A stretch of DNA of 64,000 bases from Balanoglossus misakiensis (GCA_040954595.2 CM082590.2:7254001-7318000); one strand, 5' to 3'. Shown: positions 12,077 through 26,569, counted from the stretch's first letter. Notes: generated by a model from the sequence alone, not told the origin. Translations and numbers: made by a program.

Positions 12077-12960
12077 CATTAATTTGTGGGGTTCTTTTTT
12101 TGGTCCAGCGTCAATCGCGAGGTGTCCGGTTCCAATTCCAAGTTCTAAATTTGGGTGGTTTTTCGTTTGAGAATGCACATCGAATGTAGAATACACATCA
12201 AAAATCAATCTTGCAAGGCAACTCTATAAAATGTGTCAAAATGTCTCAATTTTGAAATTCAAAATGGCTGCCAATCTGTGTCTGTGAAAAAAATGAAGTA
12301 GCGATTTTCATAAAAACACACTTATCGAAAATTGAATTCAAGTTTGGACTTGATTTTTTTGTCAACAATGAAATGGCCGTTACCCATATACAGACTTTGT
12401 TGAGAAGCTAAAGGTTGAACATTTCATTAAGGCTTTCCAGAGTAGAACACTATGAGAGTTAAAACTCCGGGGAACAATACAGAAGAAATAGCCAATATGT
12501 AGATTTACTGCGTCTTTAAAAATCAGTCCTTTTTCGAACCGAGGGCTTCCCCTCTGAGTTCAGCATAAATTCTCGTTCTGACATTTCAATCTAACTGTCA
12601 TCTCGCGTAGCCCCCTCGTTCGCAAACCTCTCTTCTTGATGAATTATCTCAAACTGTCAGCCTTCGTATGTAGTCCCATGAACGACAATACTAGTTCCTG
12701 CTGCCAAAATATGCATATTGAACTATTGGCCACTTTCGTAATGTCGACAGTTTTTCGGAATGGACACTGAAGCAAGATTGTAAATACAATCCCCCGAAGC
12801 GACCTACAGATCACGGAGGCGATAAACAGCTCACGCAGTCAGCGTCCAAATAAACGTCACGACAACCTTTCAGAATTCTAGTCCGGTTTACCTTTTTAAC
12901 TATTGCAATTAAAACTCTGTTTTTTTTAACTCAGCAAGGTGGACGCGTATAATGGCGTAC

Positions 12961-13209
12961 CTGAGGGGCCTTGGGTTAAACGGTCATTATGGGTAGCCTT
13001 GCTGGTCGTGCCAAGACGATATTGTTCGACGCATGAGTCGTCATGAGGTATTGTTCGCGTTCCCTTGAAGTTGAAGACGCTTGTCGTCAGTCGTGTTTGT
13101 TCTCCAGTGAAGATTATAAGGACTCTTATCACGTCGTTTTATACTCTCAAAAGAAGCGGCATTGCCTTGTAGCCTTGGACAGGGCTGACGTCTGATGTCT
13201 GTTCAGTGT
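12961..13209 (-). other. Candidate non-coding exon on the minus strand
   Basis: Minus strand reads gttctctgtggtctttttgcAG|acactg ... cctcag|GTACGC; all three frames contain stops. Confidence 0.3.
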
Positions 13210-13240
13210 CTGCAAAAAGACCACAGAGAACTTAGTAATC

Positions 13241-13306
13241 TTGTTGTTGTTGGGGGTCGTGGTGATGTAGGTGGTGGTGGTGTTAGTGATGATGGTGTTG
13301 TTGTTG

Positions 13307-13338
<32 letters not shown>

Positions 13339-13407
13339 GGTGGTGGTGGTGGTGATGATAATGATGATGGTGATGATGATGAGGAGGTGGTGGTGGTGAT
13401 GATGATA

Positions 13408-13441
<34 letters not shown>
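13241..13441. repeat. Compound trinucleotide microsatellite (GTT)n(GGT)n(GAT)n
   Basis: Direct reading; source of the homopolymer ORFs 13195..13485 and 13203..13469. Confidence 0.97.
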
Positions 13442-13442
<1 letters not shown>

Positions 13443-14726
13443 AAATGTTCCTTTAAAAAAATGTGTCATTCCTCGCTGTTGTTAGTCCATGTTGTCAATA
13501 ACTGTAAAAGAACACTAAACTTTTGATGAAAAATAATCTATAGATCGCCCAACGTCATATGGTCGCCTCTACAATCTACAGGAGTGACGCTGGACCAAAT
13601 AAGTTGGAAAATAAAGGCATGAAAATAATGCAAGAAGAGGCAGCTCTAGAGGCTTTCGCGGCAAGCAGCCCTCACTCTACATGTGACGTCCACAGCATAT
13701 ACATGTACATTGTATATTGTTATCAGACAGTCACGACTCGCAAAGTCATATCAACCAAAAAAGAAAATTTAATTTCGTCGATTAATAGAGCGAATCACCC
13801 TAATGGATACTTGATTTCAGTAGGAAGAATGTAATTTTATCGGAGTACGCTTCCAATTATTGCTTGAAGTCGGAGAAATAATCAGCATTTAGCGTGGTTC
13901 ATTAATAATGAGGCCGTTTTGCGTCCATGGTCCTTCCAACAAGCGGCATGGTTGCCTTCAGAATGGTTATAAATTATGTATTCATCAGTCTGTGTCAGGA
14001 TAACTATATATCTTTGTGAGATGCGGGGATGTAAACAAACAAATAAACAAACAAACAAACTGACTCACTGACGGTCTGATTGATACACCAAATGGCAAAA
14101 TCCACCTGACCGAATAGCAGAGACTTGTTTCGATTTCTGTTATTGGCGGTGAAAAAAGTTGCAACTTCTAACAAACGCACTGCAAAACGACACAGGTAAA
14201 CTTTAAATTTGCATAAGTCACATCTTATGAAAGTTAAACCAAAAGGGCCCCCTAAGCGGTTACACGTATCACCCGGACGCAGACGATAACCATCTCGGCA
14301 ATTACCAACTTGGCGGGAAACACCCGAAGACGCGCACGCACATGACCCAGCGCGTCCCCATGAAACACAATCAGTGACACGTAAATGTAACCTAGGCAAC
14401 TCGGAAAGCCCTACAGTCTTAATCAGGGAGAGTAATTGTGAGGCATGATGAGTTTACTGCCTGGTCAAAGGCGAATTAGAGTAATTAAGCCACAGTGGAG
14501 GGTAATGTCATATCCCCCATGAGACCTGTATTAGTGTATCATAATGACAAACTTGCAGTCATTTGCTTTATTTTTTAAAATGATAACAGATAAATCGTCA
14601 AATGATGGCAATAGTTACCATTTATCATATATGACAAGGAGGGGACTGAGGCCCCTTAGGGCGATAGAAAATGGACTCCCTTGTCTTCAGTGACGAGTTG
14701 CAAGTTTACAATGTTTTTATTTGTAA

Positions 14727-14901
14727 CAATTTACATACGTCCATATATGGCTGATATGGCGTATTGGAGCGATCCAAAGAACATATGATAGCGCTATTTT
14801 TTTGCGTGTGCCACCCACTAAAAATCTGCGATTGGCTAGCTAGATCTCAATTTGTCACGGTAACTGTAGCTAAATTTACATAGGTGACCGTATACCTTTA
14901 A
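14727..14901. mobile_element. MITE family D, copy lacking the left TIR
   Basis: Matches 8778-8938 (gccacccact.aaaatctg.gattgg...atctcaattt...ggtaactgt...aggtgaccgtatacctTTAA). Confidence 0.85.
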
Positions 14902-15269
14902 ATTGTCCATTAGATAGTATTCATTTCATACAAAGTTCTACTCAGAGACAGACATATTCACTTCCGTTATCTTCGTTTCCGTTGCACGTAATGAAATATT
15001 TATTTTTAATGTCCATTTACTAAGCGCCATGCTTTTATTTCATGTTGAATGGCTATCTAGGTAAATGTCGACTTCTATCATTGGCAGTGTGATAAATAAA
15101 TAATTAGATAGATAGTATACAGCAGACGATATTGTTGGTGAGTGGGAGGGAGAAACATAAAGGCTCTGAGATGCACATTTGAGATGAGAGAGTTTCTCGT
15201 GTGAAGGGAGACAGGAAGTCGGGCAGATTGACAGACAGAAGACTGACACATCGACAGACACAATCACAA

Positions 15270-15431
15270 ATACATACATGTATACATACATGTATACATA
15301 CATACATACATACATACATACATACATACATACATACATACATACATACATACATACATACATACATACATACATACATACATACATACATACATACATA
15401 CATGCACACATACATACATACATACATACAT

Positions 15432-15496
<65 letters not shown>

Positions 15497-15624
15497 TACA
15501 TACATACATACATACATACATACATACATACATACATACATACATACATACATACATACATACATACATACATACATACATACATACATACATACATACA
15601 TACATACATACATACATACATACA
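15270..15624. repeat. (TACA)n-(CA)n-(TACA)n compound microsatellite, ~350 bp
   Basis: Direct reading; explains all the MYVC/HTYI ORFs at 15040-15734. Confidence 0.99.
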
Positions 15625-18302
15625 GAGAGAGACAGGTACACACAGTGTCACACACTCAGTGTCAGGGGACGGTTAACAAAATATATTTTACCAGTTTTAA
15701 AGGAGATAAAACGTCGCCTAGATGTCATTCATGATAACACCATAATAATGTATACCTTTATAACTCATCATAAATGTCAATAATTTAAACTACACGAGAT
15801 TAAATGCACCGATTCCGGACGGTTCATCGCTTAGACGTGGTAATCAGTTAATAACTGCCACGCGCCAACTGTTCTTATGAGGAGTGTTGACATACACATG
15901 AAAAGGTCGATATTTGTTCACATTTATATGTCAATGAGCGGTTGATATACTTTTAATATGTACATAACGACCACTTGAATGTCTGCTCAGTGCGTCTGTT
16001 ATCGTTGCTGGCGATAGGCTGTGCTCATTAATATATTAATGGTATTCGCCTTTCCCTATAGACACGGTGGGAGAGAGTTTGAAATAAAAGAATCAAAAAT
16101 GAAGATCCGTTGCGTCTCCCCACGCTCTGGGGTTGTTGACTTATAGATTGAGTTTGTGATGGCATATTTTTTAGAAGGCGGGAAATAAAATTGAATACAA
16201 CGTCCACACACACACAGCGGAAATAGTAACAACTGTTACCACACATGACGACAATAATTAAACCTAAAATATCAAAACTTACAGTGTCGGAACAGAAATG
16301 TGCTCTAAGCAGTGAGGAAATTTAAAAACACTTGCTTTGTGAGGGGCGTTATCTAGTATATCACAAATTATAGCGCACATTTTCAAGTGTTTTGCGTCAA
16401 TAATGTTCTTAGTGCAAGATGTCGTTAGCATCACCATTAGTGTCATCGGTATCTCGCCTGTGTGAACATACCCCCCCCCCCCCACAACAACAACATCATT
16501 TTAATGAAAAGGTGACGTTAACAAGCACAATTTTATAATCCGATGACGTTTCGGGGTAACGTAGAAAACAATGGACTAAGATGGTCTAAAATTAAACGGA
16601 TATTCAATCAAAAGTTTGTGTGAACGGCGAATTTCTGTTTGTTGACTACGGGCGGGAGGAAGGAAAAGTTCGCGCGAACTCACGCGCCGTCACGTACGCG
16701 TCATTAATCCCAAACAACAGATGTGTTGGCTTAGTGTAGACCGAACTGCATGAGTGGGAAAATAATGTCACGACTCGTTGTCTGGTGATATGTTTTAAGT
16801 GATAATTTATCTCGAATCAGTTTTTGTTAGAGATGACCTTGGGGTCAGAGAATATTGATCTTCGCACCCTCTTACTGACCGTGGATCTATTTTGTACGCC
16901 TATCTGTTGACACGGTGTCAAATTATCTCCTTGGATCCGGATGGGAATGAAATAAGAACATGTCATCAGGCCGTTCTATGCTGGGAGACGTTTGTACAGA
17001 ATGAAATCTAAACCATCTAAAACAGCAATTAGCGTACCTTATAGGATTACTGGCCGTTTCATCTGAGCCAGTTGAACGACAAACCGAAGTGACACATTTT
17101 CAGTTCATCGTTCACAGACGACAATACACTTGCCCTGATAAACTATATATCAAAATTCGGGTAAAAATCAACTTGTTGTCTCCTGACTGGGAAGGCTAAT
17201 GAAATCCCTAGTTCCCTTGTTTTTTGTGGTACTTTGAAGAGAACACAGAATAACACATATTCTACATAAAAAGACATTTTTTATCGAAATTCTAAAGAAA
17301 ATTTCGGAATAAATTATTAAAAAAAAAAAAACGAATGCCAGCGATAACAGTAAACCTTCACTGTATCATCGGAACTGATATTCTGTTTATATAGGCCTGC
17401 TTGCAGTAGATTCACAAACTAGTAGTATTCTGGCGTTTGAACCACCATCTGCGAGAAGACAATACACGTCTTGATGGGACCACCAAGCAGAAATTCAAAC
17501 GAAACAATTACGTCCCAAAATCGACTCGACGGGAGACTGATTCAACCGTCATTAAATGACAAACGAAAACCGTTAGTTAAGAGTCAGGTTCGACCAAAAG
17601 ACAATAGGAATAAAGATGGCCGCTGAGATGTTGTGGCGGCTTCCCATGGTGCAATGGGAAGGTGTAACAAATTTTACATGGGGCGAAGTTGAATGGGGAA
17701 ACTGTAGGAGTAGCCATGTTGTTACGTAAAATCTAGGCTAAGGTATCATAAACAGCCGTTTCTCAGTGCTGGTAGGAAAATCTCACCACAAATGTGAGAG
17801 AAAAATCGCTAGAGTTGAGAAGTTCCAATTTTCGGGTAAGTGGGAAGTCCTGTTTCGCACTCCTAGTTTAACCACACGAACACCTTTGTAAGAAGCATTT
17901 TGATTGGTCTTGAAGCTTTCGACTTCGAGCTGCAAGCTGTGATATCCAATCAGTGCAGGGCTTGTACAGTCTTCAAACCACAACCGACTCTGGGGGAATG
18001 GTTTATCGGTAAACACACTTAGAGCGAAATCTGCTTGTAATGATCACTTTTATAAGTTTCGGGAAAAAGTCCCTTGACTTATCTTCAAGATCGGTCCAAA
18101 ATTGATTTCTCCAATTTGGAGAGTTTTGCTACAGGCGTTTCGTGGAGAGAAGAAAAATGCTCAGGCTGCAAATCTCTTCCGTTTGTCTAGTATTTATTGA
18201 TAGCGTCTGTTGCTTTATCTCCGTTTCCTTGAGTCAGTTTTGGAATCTTTGAAATTTTCATTTCTTGAATTCTGTTGTCAACAATATTAGTCTGTCTGTC
18301 TT

Positions 18303-18312
18303 ACTCACTCAC

Positions 18313-18394
<82 letters not shown>

Positions 18395-18420
18395 CCCCCC
18401 CTCTCTCTCTCTCCCCTCCC
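18303..18420. repeat. (CTCA)n then (TC)n microsatellite
   Basis: Direct reading. Confidence 0.97.
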
Positions 18421-18762
18421 CTGTGGTTTTCAACCTCTTAACCCACCAACATATCTATCAGACTGTCTAGGCTCTACACCTTTGTCCCTATAAATCCATC
18501 ACGCGCTCTTCCCCATTAACTTCTACAATATCCCAAGTGTCCATCAAAGGTACGACATATTTTTCGTCTATTGTAACCTGTAAGAAAGACCGACATTCGC
18601 CACACAATGAGACCAGGCACCATAAGTGGATTAATTATCGATTTCTGTTTTCTTATTCAAATTCAAGCACTTGGTGCTCGTTAACAACATCACATTCAAA
18701 GTAGATGAACCGTAATACCATAATTTACGACAAGTCTTCCTATTGTTTTCATCTTTGTTATC

Positions 18763-19114
18763 TTAATGTAGTGCGCGCCCCAGGGACTGTCTTTCTGAAA
18801 CGTGATAATCTTCAAAACCTTTCAATTCTATGCTTTATTAAAGTGTTTGGGGAGACTTTTTGAAAAAAAGAAGAAATATTGGTGTCCATCGTCTTGTTTA
18901 CGTGGAAATCGCTACTTAAAATCGCCCCATAGAGTTAACACAGAGATTGGCGGCCATCTTGAATTTTAAGCTTGAGACAATTCTACTCTATCTTTCAAAA
19001 TTTGACCCCCAATTTTTATTCTCAATTTAAAGAAAGAATGATCTAACTTTGTCTTGAGAAAACATTTGAACACAAAGTTTAAAACTGACTTCTGAGGCCC
19101 GTAGTTAGTTTTAA
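18763..19114 (+). mobile_element. Diverged near-full-length copy of family C (TTAA-flanked, Kolobok-like)
   Basis: Begins TTAAtgtagtgcgcgcc and ends gaggcccgtagttagttTTAA. Core catagagttaacacagagattggcggccatcttgaatttt is shared with 8350-8510 and (reverse) ~12250-12290; the 3' half is shared with 34549-34791. Confidence 0.6.
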
Positions 19115-20310
19115 ACTCAACCACAGACGTACCAGGTTGGCGGAAAGACATACCCAGGAAATTATCATTCACTTCCCGCCAAAATCACTATAACATGCCA
19201 CGAGTAGTTCGCGAAAATATCTGTCGGTTGCAAGTTATTAAACACAGCACAGCTATAGTCACCTTGATTGGTAATTATATAAAAAACTAATAAGTCTATT
19301 TAACCGAAGAAAATTAGATTTTCTTCTCTTCATTTCCACTAATTTTCCAAACGTGTGCATTCCAAAGATTCCATTTTTCTGATTATATGTTTGTAAATGA
19401 CATTATGTGTATTTATCTACGTGTGATTAAATTTCTTTATCGTTATTAATCGGTATTTTAAGAGGACATGGTAAAATAAAAAAAATGGTCGCTATTTGTC
19501 ATTATCAATGACATCTCGCTGTTCGTAACGCCAGAATTTGTGACGTTGTGTAGAATGTAAATGTTCGCATTGTTTCGGTACTACTGGTGACTGTGTGACG
19601 ATTCGGGGACAGATAGGCCATTTTCAGGACTCTACGAGACCCTGCGAGATCACGCGCCCGTGGCTATGCAGTTCAAACGAGAGTTGAAGTTGAAGATTTC
19701 TGTTTCATAATGCGTTTTATTTTTTTTAAATATTTATTTTGTTTCTTTACCATCACGTTTGAGTTTGACCGTGACGCAATGATCACGTTCGACCTTTCAC
19801 CTCTTGACTTGTGACCTCTGACCTTTGTATTACAGTTGGCATTTCTGCCTATTGTCATTGCTTTTGTAGTGTCTTGCTTACGACCATAATTCCATCCCAC
19901 CCACCCCCTACTTGTTTTGTCTGGAGAGTTCAGACAACTTCAGTCTATTCACATCTATGATCCATCCTTCAGGCGAGCCTTAGTTTGTTTTGTGATTTAC
20001 TGGGATAGGCGGCAAAAGCCCTCTCAGAAAACTGTGCAGACATAAATTTTAACATCTGACGTTTATTTTTAATGAGAACAGATCATAGTTTTCTCAGTCG
20101 TGTTAGCCGCCCCCTTTGTTGCAGAATCATAAGTAATTTTCTTTCGGCATTTTAAAAGGCCAACTGCCTGTAACTTGTAGCTATTTTTGAGTGTTTTCTG
20201 TGTCCGTGTATTGTCTACATTTTCTTGATCTTATCTCCACATTATCCCAAAATGGCGGCCATTTTTAACTCGTCAACAGGTAATCTGTACGAACTCACTG
20301 TTGACAAATG

Positions 20311-20508
20311 CTCGCCAAAATGAATAATCAGTCCCTACCATTTATTCATTTTGGGCGAGTTTTTACTCTCATATCCTACAAGCGGGATGGAAGTTGTGTG
20401 GTTGAATGTTCATTCACTACATACACACATGTACATTAACAGTAATGTTGTCTTGCATCAAGCATAATGGCAAAAGGGCAGCGAGAGAGAGAGACTTTGT
20501 CCCTTTAA
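20311..20508 (-). mobile_element. MITE family B, half copy
   Basis: Ends gggcagcgagagagagagactttgtccctTTAA (20508). Confidence 0.85.
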
Positions 20509-21309
20509 CTGGAAATTTCAAAACGACAAAAAATGTAGCGCGTAATGCTCGCATGCGAGATCGCTCCTTACCTAACGAACAGGGACATTTTCTGATTAAT
20601 GACACATTTTTTTAATTTTCATTTTAATTCCATTCTCCTTTAAATTACCATGACAACAATGTTCTCGATGGACCGTTAATAGGGGTTTAATCTAGCCATT
20701 ATTAGTTTATCACTGAGAAATATGACAAGAATTTATCACCTTACGCTTCCTTAAATATCCCACAGACGATTATCCAAGCGAATTCCTCCAACGGAAATTC
20801 ACTTCAACGGATTTTTCCTCGCGAATATCAACATTTTATTTTCCTGAGATAATTCAAAATTGATGACGATGAATAATTGAGTATGTACTAACATGGATGA
20901 AAATCTCAGAACCTAAAAAATATTGATAAGAATTATTAATAATAGAAATACTCACGATGTCTGGTTTCTTGTTAGGGCTTTTAAATTTTAGATATGTGCA
21001 TTTTTTATAAAATATTCGAGTTTAGCATTGTTCACACACACAAAAAACTTTACAGGAAGAAAAGGAAAGTTTTCGAAGCTTTCAGCAATTTTCAGTATTT
21101 TTCTCCGGTGAATCAACTTGTAGTAATTTTTAAAAGGATTTAAAATTGTGAGATTTTATAGCTTTCGGTTGTCTGCTGAAGTTGTTTTCAAGTTTAGAAT
21201 GCGCATGTCTATTGAAACTGGGAGAAGGCATTGTATTTCTGGAAACTTCGTGTTAGCCAGCTTAAAATGTCATTCAAACTTTTAGCGAAGGTTCATCTTC
21301 AAATTAAAG

Positions 21310-21520
21310 GTTGAACGCGCGCGCGTGTCTGCGGTATGCGTTCGCGTCTGAGTCATACTCGCGGCGACCGCCTGTTGCCCTGGCAACAGTCAATAATGAG
21401 ATACATTGTTCAAGGCGGATAATCAGCACAAATGAACACGACAAACGGTCAAATAATCCGTAATATGATCTCGTGTCATTAATTTAAGTAATTAAACCGA
21501 TTAACTCTTTCAATTAAGGA
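21310..21520. promoter_or_regulatory. Candidate upstream enhancer: CpG-rich, X-box plus TAAT/TTAATTA sites
   Basis: GTTGCCCTGGCAAC at 21374-21387 in a CGCGCG-rich patch, followed by cattaatttaagtaattaaaccgattaac. Confidence 0.45.
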
Positions 21521-22300
21521 CGCAAAAATGTGTTACAAAGCTTAAGGCGATAAACTTACGGGAAAATTTCACTTACGCGAGAAAGTCTGATATCGGAATG
21601 TTTCGATCGCGTGAAATACTTAAAGGCCCTTTCTCGATCCCAGGGCAGAACAATGAAGGTAAACAAGAAAGCCTTTGTGTTAGCACGTAACTGTTTATTG
21701 GAAACAAAAGATTTGACCCACTGTTGAGCAAGGCCTTTAAAAAAATATAAACGTGTTCAAAGAAGAAATGTAACGACTCACTAGGTTTGTTTATTGGTAT
21801 TTGAGCGCTGAACGAGATCAATATGGTTGATTTTTTTATCGGCAGTTCCAAACCCATCTCCCTACAGGAAAATAATTTTCTGATTGCGACCTCACGTTGC
21901 TCGTTCTATAGACTCTGGAAACATTGAAAACGTATATATGTCAACACTATCATTATATAGTGAAGGGTATGACTGATAACAAGATGAAATCTCCATAATT
22001 GATGACCTCATTCACCGACACTCAACTCACTCCCGCCATAAGTAAGTTTATACGACACAAATTGTCGGTCACAGAATTTCTCAACAAATGGGTGGTTATT
22101 TTGGACCTGGTTGGTTAAAGGGACTTTTGGCTTTGTTTCTAGTATTTTTGTTTTGTGTATTAAATGCAATGGATTCCTCTATTGAACATATTAATGCGGC
22201 CGGCCATTGTTAGTTTCATAAAAGGAAAACAATATAAATGCACAAATATTGTGTGCATGGTTAACACTACAACAGTCACGATACCTCTGTGAAAACAGCG

Positions 22301-22360
22301 CCACCACCACCACCACCATAAACAACAACAACAACAACAAAACAACGACAACGACGACGA
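22301..22360. repeat. (CAC)n(CAA)n(GAC)n microsatellite
   Basis: Direct reading. Confidence 0.9.
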
Positions 22361-25300
22361 TAGCTGTAGAAATTGAGCTGCACTACATCACAGCTACAAA
22401 AACACTACAATGAAAATAAAAAAACGACAACTTCTTGCATATCTGCAATGGCGCCTACACAAATATTACTAATTAGTTTAACAAGACAGTAAACCTCAAA
22501 ATGGTTATTATAATCGTCAGCCATGCATGTCGGCATGGTTACCAGATGAGCTAGTGACCGGGAACTTAATTATCGCAGCTTATCGAAATATTAATAATTA
22601 ATACGAGGTATTTCGGCTGTGATGAAAGAACGCGTTTATGAGAAGCGGGGGGGGGGGTTTATGTTTATGGGAGGCATAGATGATTCACGTGCTATGTCTG
22701 TCTGTGGGGGGGGGGGGCGTAGTCCCTCTGAGAGGGTGAGAGGGCTCCCTCTGCTGAGGTCGGGTTATAATTGGAGTCTGCCACCCGGCAGTCGAACGTC
22801 TTATCGTCCGAGCCCGATGTGTGAATCTTAGTCCGGGCGTGTACTAGTATATTGAACTGTCATCGCGTTAAGATATAGCCACGCCCGTTTTGGTTTTAGT
22901 TTCGCGAAAACGGCAGCTTTTATATTGACTAAATTTGCCAAGGTCGTCTCGGTTGTCGTTTTCGTTGCTAATGGTCCTTTTACGACGAAGTTTGACTTTT
23001 CCCATTCTCCTGTTGGCAAGTTTGCTGTGTTTTGCGACGATTTGGAAAACTTGAAGAAATAGGCCTAATGTCGGTCATTTTAAAACTTCAATCATATCTT
23101 TCGAGTCATTTCAGACAACTACCCATTGCGAATTACTATGATTCTAGCTGATAACAGCAAACATATACTTTAGCGGTGATAAAATATCGCTAAAATAACA
23201 GCGTCGTGGGATTCAAACTGTGCAAAATAGACCGTGACATTGAAAGTGTTATTTCAGGATCTTTTACCCTTTCACGACTTTGCATAAACCGGTCACCCAC
23301 AAAAGGAGAGTCTAGTAATTAGTTTCCGTGAGCAGCGCGCAGCCGTTCACACCCCCTCCCTCCCCGTTCACACTTTGCGTCTTGTGTGAATGTGTATCTG
23401 TGTCTCCATACATCCATATGTCCCTCCATAGTGTGGGGTGGGGGGGACATGTGGTCCCTCCGATAACGACTCATTTGCCTGTGTGCGCGCACACTGCGTT
23501 TTAATTTCATTAAATCCCGATGAAAATGTAAAATAACAATAGAACTCATTGTTTTATAACCAAATCCGTGAATTAAAACCCCAGTGAATGCGCCCCAAAG
23601 ACCAAAACAATGAAATTATAATTATCCAAATGAATATTAATGCGTTTACAGTATGTTTCCTGTTCTATCTATTGTCTGTCGCACTAATCAGTTGCCATGA
23701 ATATCTCAAAGCGACACCCCAATCACCTATAGGCTAACTACAATCGCAGATCTGTGCGTTAAATTCCTTAAAAAATCCCCTTACATAAGGATTACAAAGA
23801 CTTTTCTACATAACATCTCATCTTTATATGACATGTAACATTAAAGGGCGACTTCGTGGTTTTTCTGTCGAAAATTGCGACCTATCAGATTTCTGCGGCG
23901 AGACACGAGCGAATCTAACACATTTGATCTGCTGGCCTTATCTCTGAAGATAACAAGCCCCGGCCGTCGACAACAATAGCGGTGACAAGGAGATGAACGC
24001 CCATCAAAAACATGACGTATATTTTCTTACCAATTAATTTGGGGCCCCCTAGCTCGGTGAACGTCGTATAACCATAGCAGTGCTTCCCCTGTGTACTTTC
24101 AAAATTAGTCGCGACGCTGCCGTGACAGGAGTAAGGATTTTTAACCAGCCACGCCGAACCGAACGAACGAACGCTGAGGTCTTCTTGGTTTGTTTACATT
24201 CACGTTATCAACCTGGATCTTGCCGCAGCCTACGGTGCCTATACCGCACTTTCAGGTAGGGGGCTGGAATTTTTTCCCCTCATTTCTCATTTCGCGCTTT
24301 CTTCCGGGTGCTGCCGACTGGGAAGGCAAAAATGCTGTATTGGTCTCGCGGGGGACAGATGGATGCCGGGGCACATCGCGCCGTGCAAAATACAGCCGTA
24401 CACGTTTCTTGACTAAACGATGTTGACACGACAGTCTTTGACACTTTAGATGCGAGTGCCAGCTCACTTAAAACTCTTCAACGCATAGGCGACTGTCCAA
24501 AGGGTCGCCATAGAAACGAACGCCCGTATCGCTCGCACAGAATCGTGCAGAGGTACCCAGAACACTTAATTTCAGACGTCCAGTTTTTGTGTGTGTACCA
24601 TTTCTACTGTGGATTTCAGTGTATATTTCTCTATTAACATTCAGCCCTTTAAATTTGTACATTTCCTCTGCTTTGCTGTGGCAGTCTTATTGGCCCTGTT
24701 AATCAGTGTTCTGCTCGCAGTATTAAGGTTTCGTGGGAATTGTAGAAACTAGAATAGGAACCAACATGAATTCCCTGTCAATGCATGACGCAGTGCATGC
24801 AATGAAATCATTTTGCATAGTCATAAACTTTGGGAAGGCTAGTCAATAATGCCTTCTTTATGGTTCTTGAGAAAGGAGATGTCATTTTATTCTTCTGGAC
24901 AGACAGTACTATTATCGATGCTAATTCTTTGGCCTTTTCGACGGCTTTGTGCTGCTCGTAACAAACAACACTCTCGGCCCATCAGCAGACGATGGAAAGA
25001 CGATCAGACATTCCACAAAACGAAAATATTTCCGAAAAGCGCGATTATTTTAGACACAGGTCATAGTCTAACAATGAATATTGGCTACTAGTCCAAAATT
25101 GGTCCAAAAATCGCAAGATTATGGAGAAATTGGCCAAAATTAGAAAGCGAGGTGACCGACCATGTGTCATTGAAACCAGGCGATAACAACCTTCGAATGT
25201 GGTGTAGGCTCCATTCACCGCAAAGGATGGGCCATTATCTTTGGTGTACATTGTTCTGGATTCTAAGGTTTCTTTCAACCTCTTGGTGCGTATGTTTTGT

Positions 25301-26569
25301 AAGGATTTTCAATGTGCCGACCCGCTATCTCTGTATCAGGTCGCCATTTCTGGTACAACATGTCAAATGTCCGTTAGACGTTTTTTAAATGAAAGGGAAA
25401 AAATCATCGCAGCGCGACGCCCCTAGGCGGCCACCAATTTATCAGACTTCTGGAAACGTCTTTCTAAATATACAAGACCCATTTTGAATGAAATCTACAT
25501 TGTCATCATTAATGTGAATATGATTTTACGAGACGGTTTCGTTATTCGCTGTCAGTTTTTGTTCTTTGCTGCCAAGATTAATCCAATTTGAAATTTTAAG
25601 TCTTTTTCGTTTCCGCGGGGAATTTTTCGCGACGTGAGAGTTTGTGTAACTCTTGACAATGGGATTCATTTTTAGAAATGATTTCTTGTTTGCTCGCACA
25701 GAAAAAATCGTCTTTCTCACGCTTGTCGTTAGAGAGACTCGAGTGATGACGTCAAATTTCTTCGAGATGCAGCAAAGTTGGCACTTTTTCTATTCAGCTT
25801 TTGCAGAAGTCTCCCACGGGGTGTTAACTTACCACATTCGCTCATGCGAGGCATTCCGTTATTATTATCATCGTCCATATTTATTTATTTGTAGACCGAG
25901 CGATCTACAGGCGAGATATACAAAACGTACAGTGGTCGGACAACGCGTAGATGACTTGAAATTCATCAATTCCTTGCTCGCTTAAATTTATTCGATTTTA
26001 ACGGAGTTGGCTTTTTAAAATTGTTGGCCACCATCTCCCGGAGGGGTGATAAGTCATTGTTAGCTAGCAAGTGGTTGTTCTGTGATGTATAACCATCATA
26101 ACACGACCTAGAGTGAGTATCTCTGTGTTCACTGGAGCAGAACGCGGTAAATTGGTTGGCCGAGTTTTTTTCCCTTCCCCGTAGCACTTTTCCACCTCTA
26201 GTGGGCGACCTTCTGTCGACTGCACTGAAAAGCTGGTTTCAACTCCATCGATCACTCGCACCCCGGCGGACGCGGCGCTATGTCTTTAAAAAACTTCCCC
26301 TGCACGTGAATTTATCGTTAATCTGAGTAATTTTAGATTGTATTAAAAAATAAATATTTGGAAAGTTGAATTTTAAAATACAAGAACCGTGTTAGAAAAG
26401 TGGTCTAACGATGCTAGGATTGTCTTGTCGTTTTCCCCACTTTTTATGAATTGTAGCGTTTCACTGATCCAACATTATACACCTGCTCCATGGAACATTT
26501 TATTGTCATAAACTAGAATCCCCGAGACAGAAAAATTACGAGAATAGATAACAAAATTGTCTGACAAGT

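Noticed and set aside
13195-13485. Poly-V/G/M and poly-I/T/P ORFs
   Set aside because: Compound trinucleotide repeat.
15040-15734. Six overlapping ORFs up to 203 aa (MYVC/HTYI repeats)
   Set aside because: Translations of the (TACA)n/(CA)n microsatellite.
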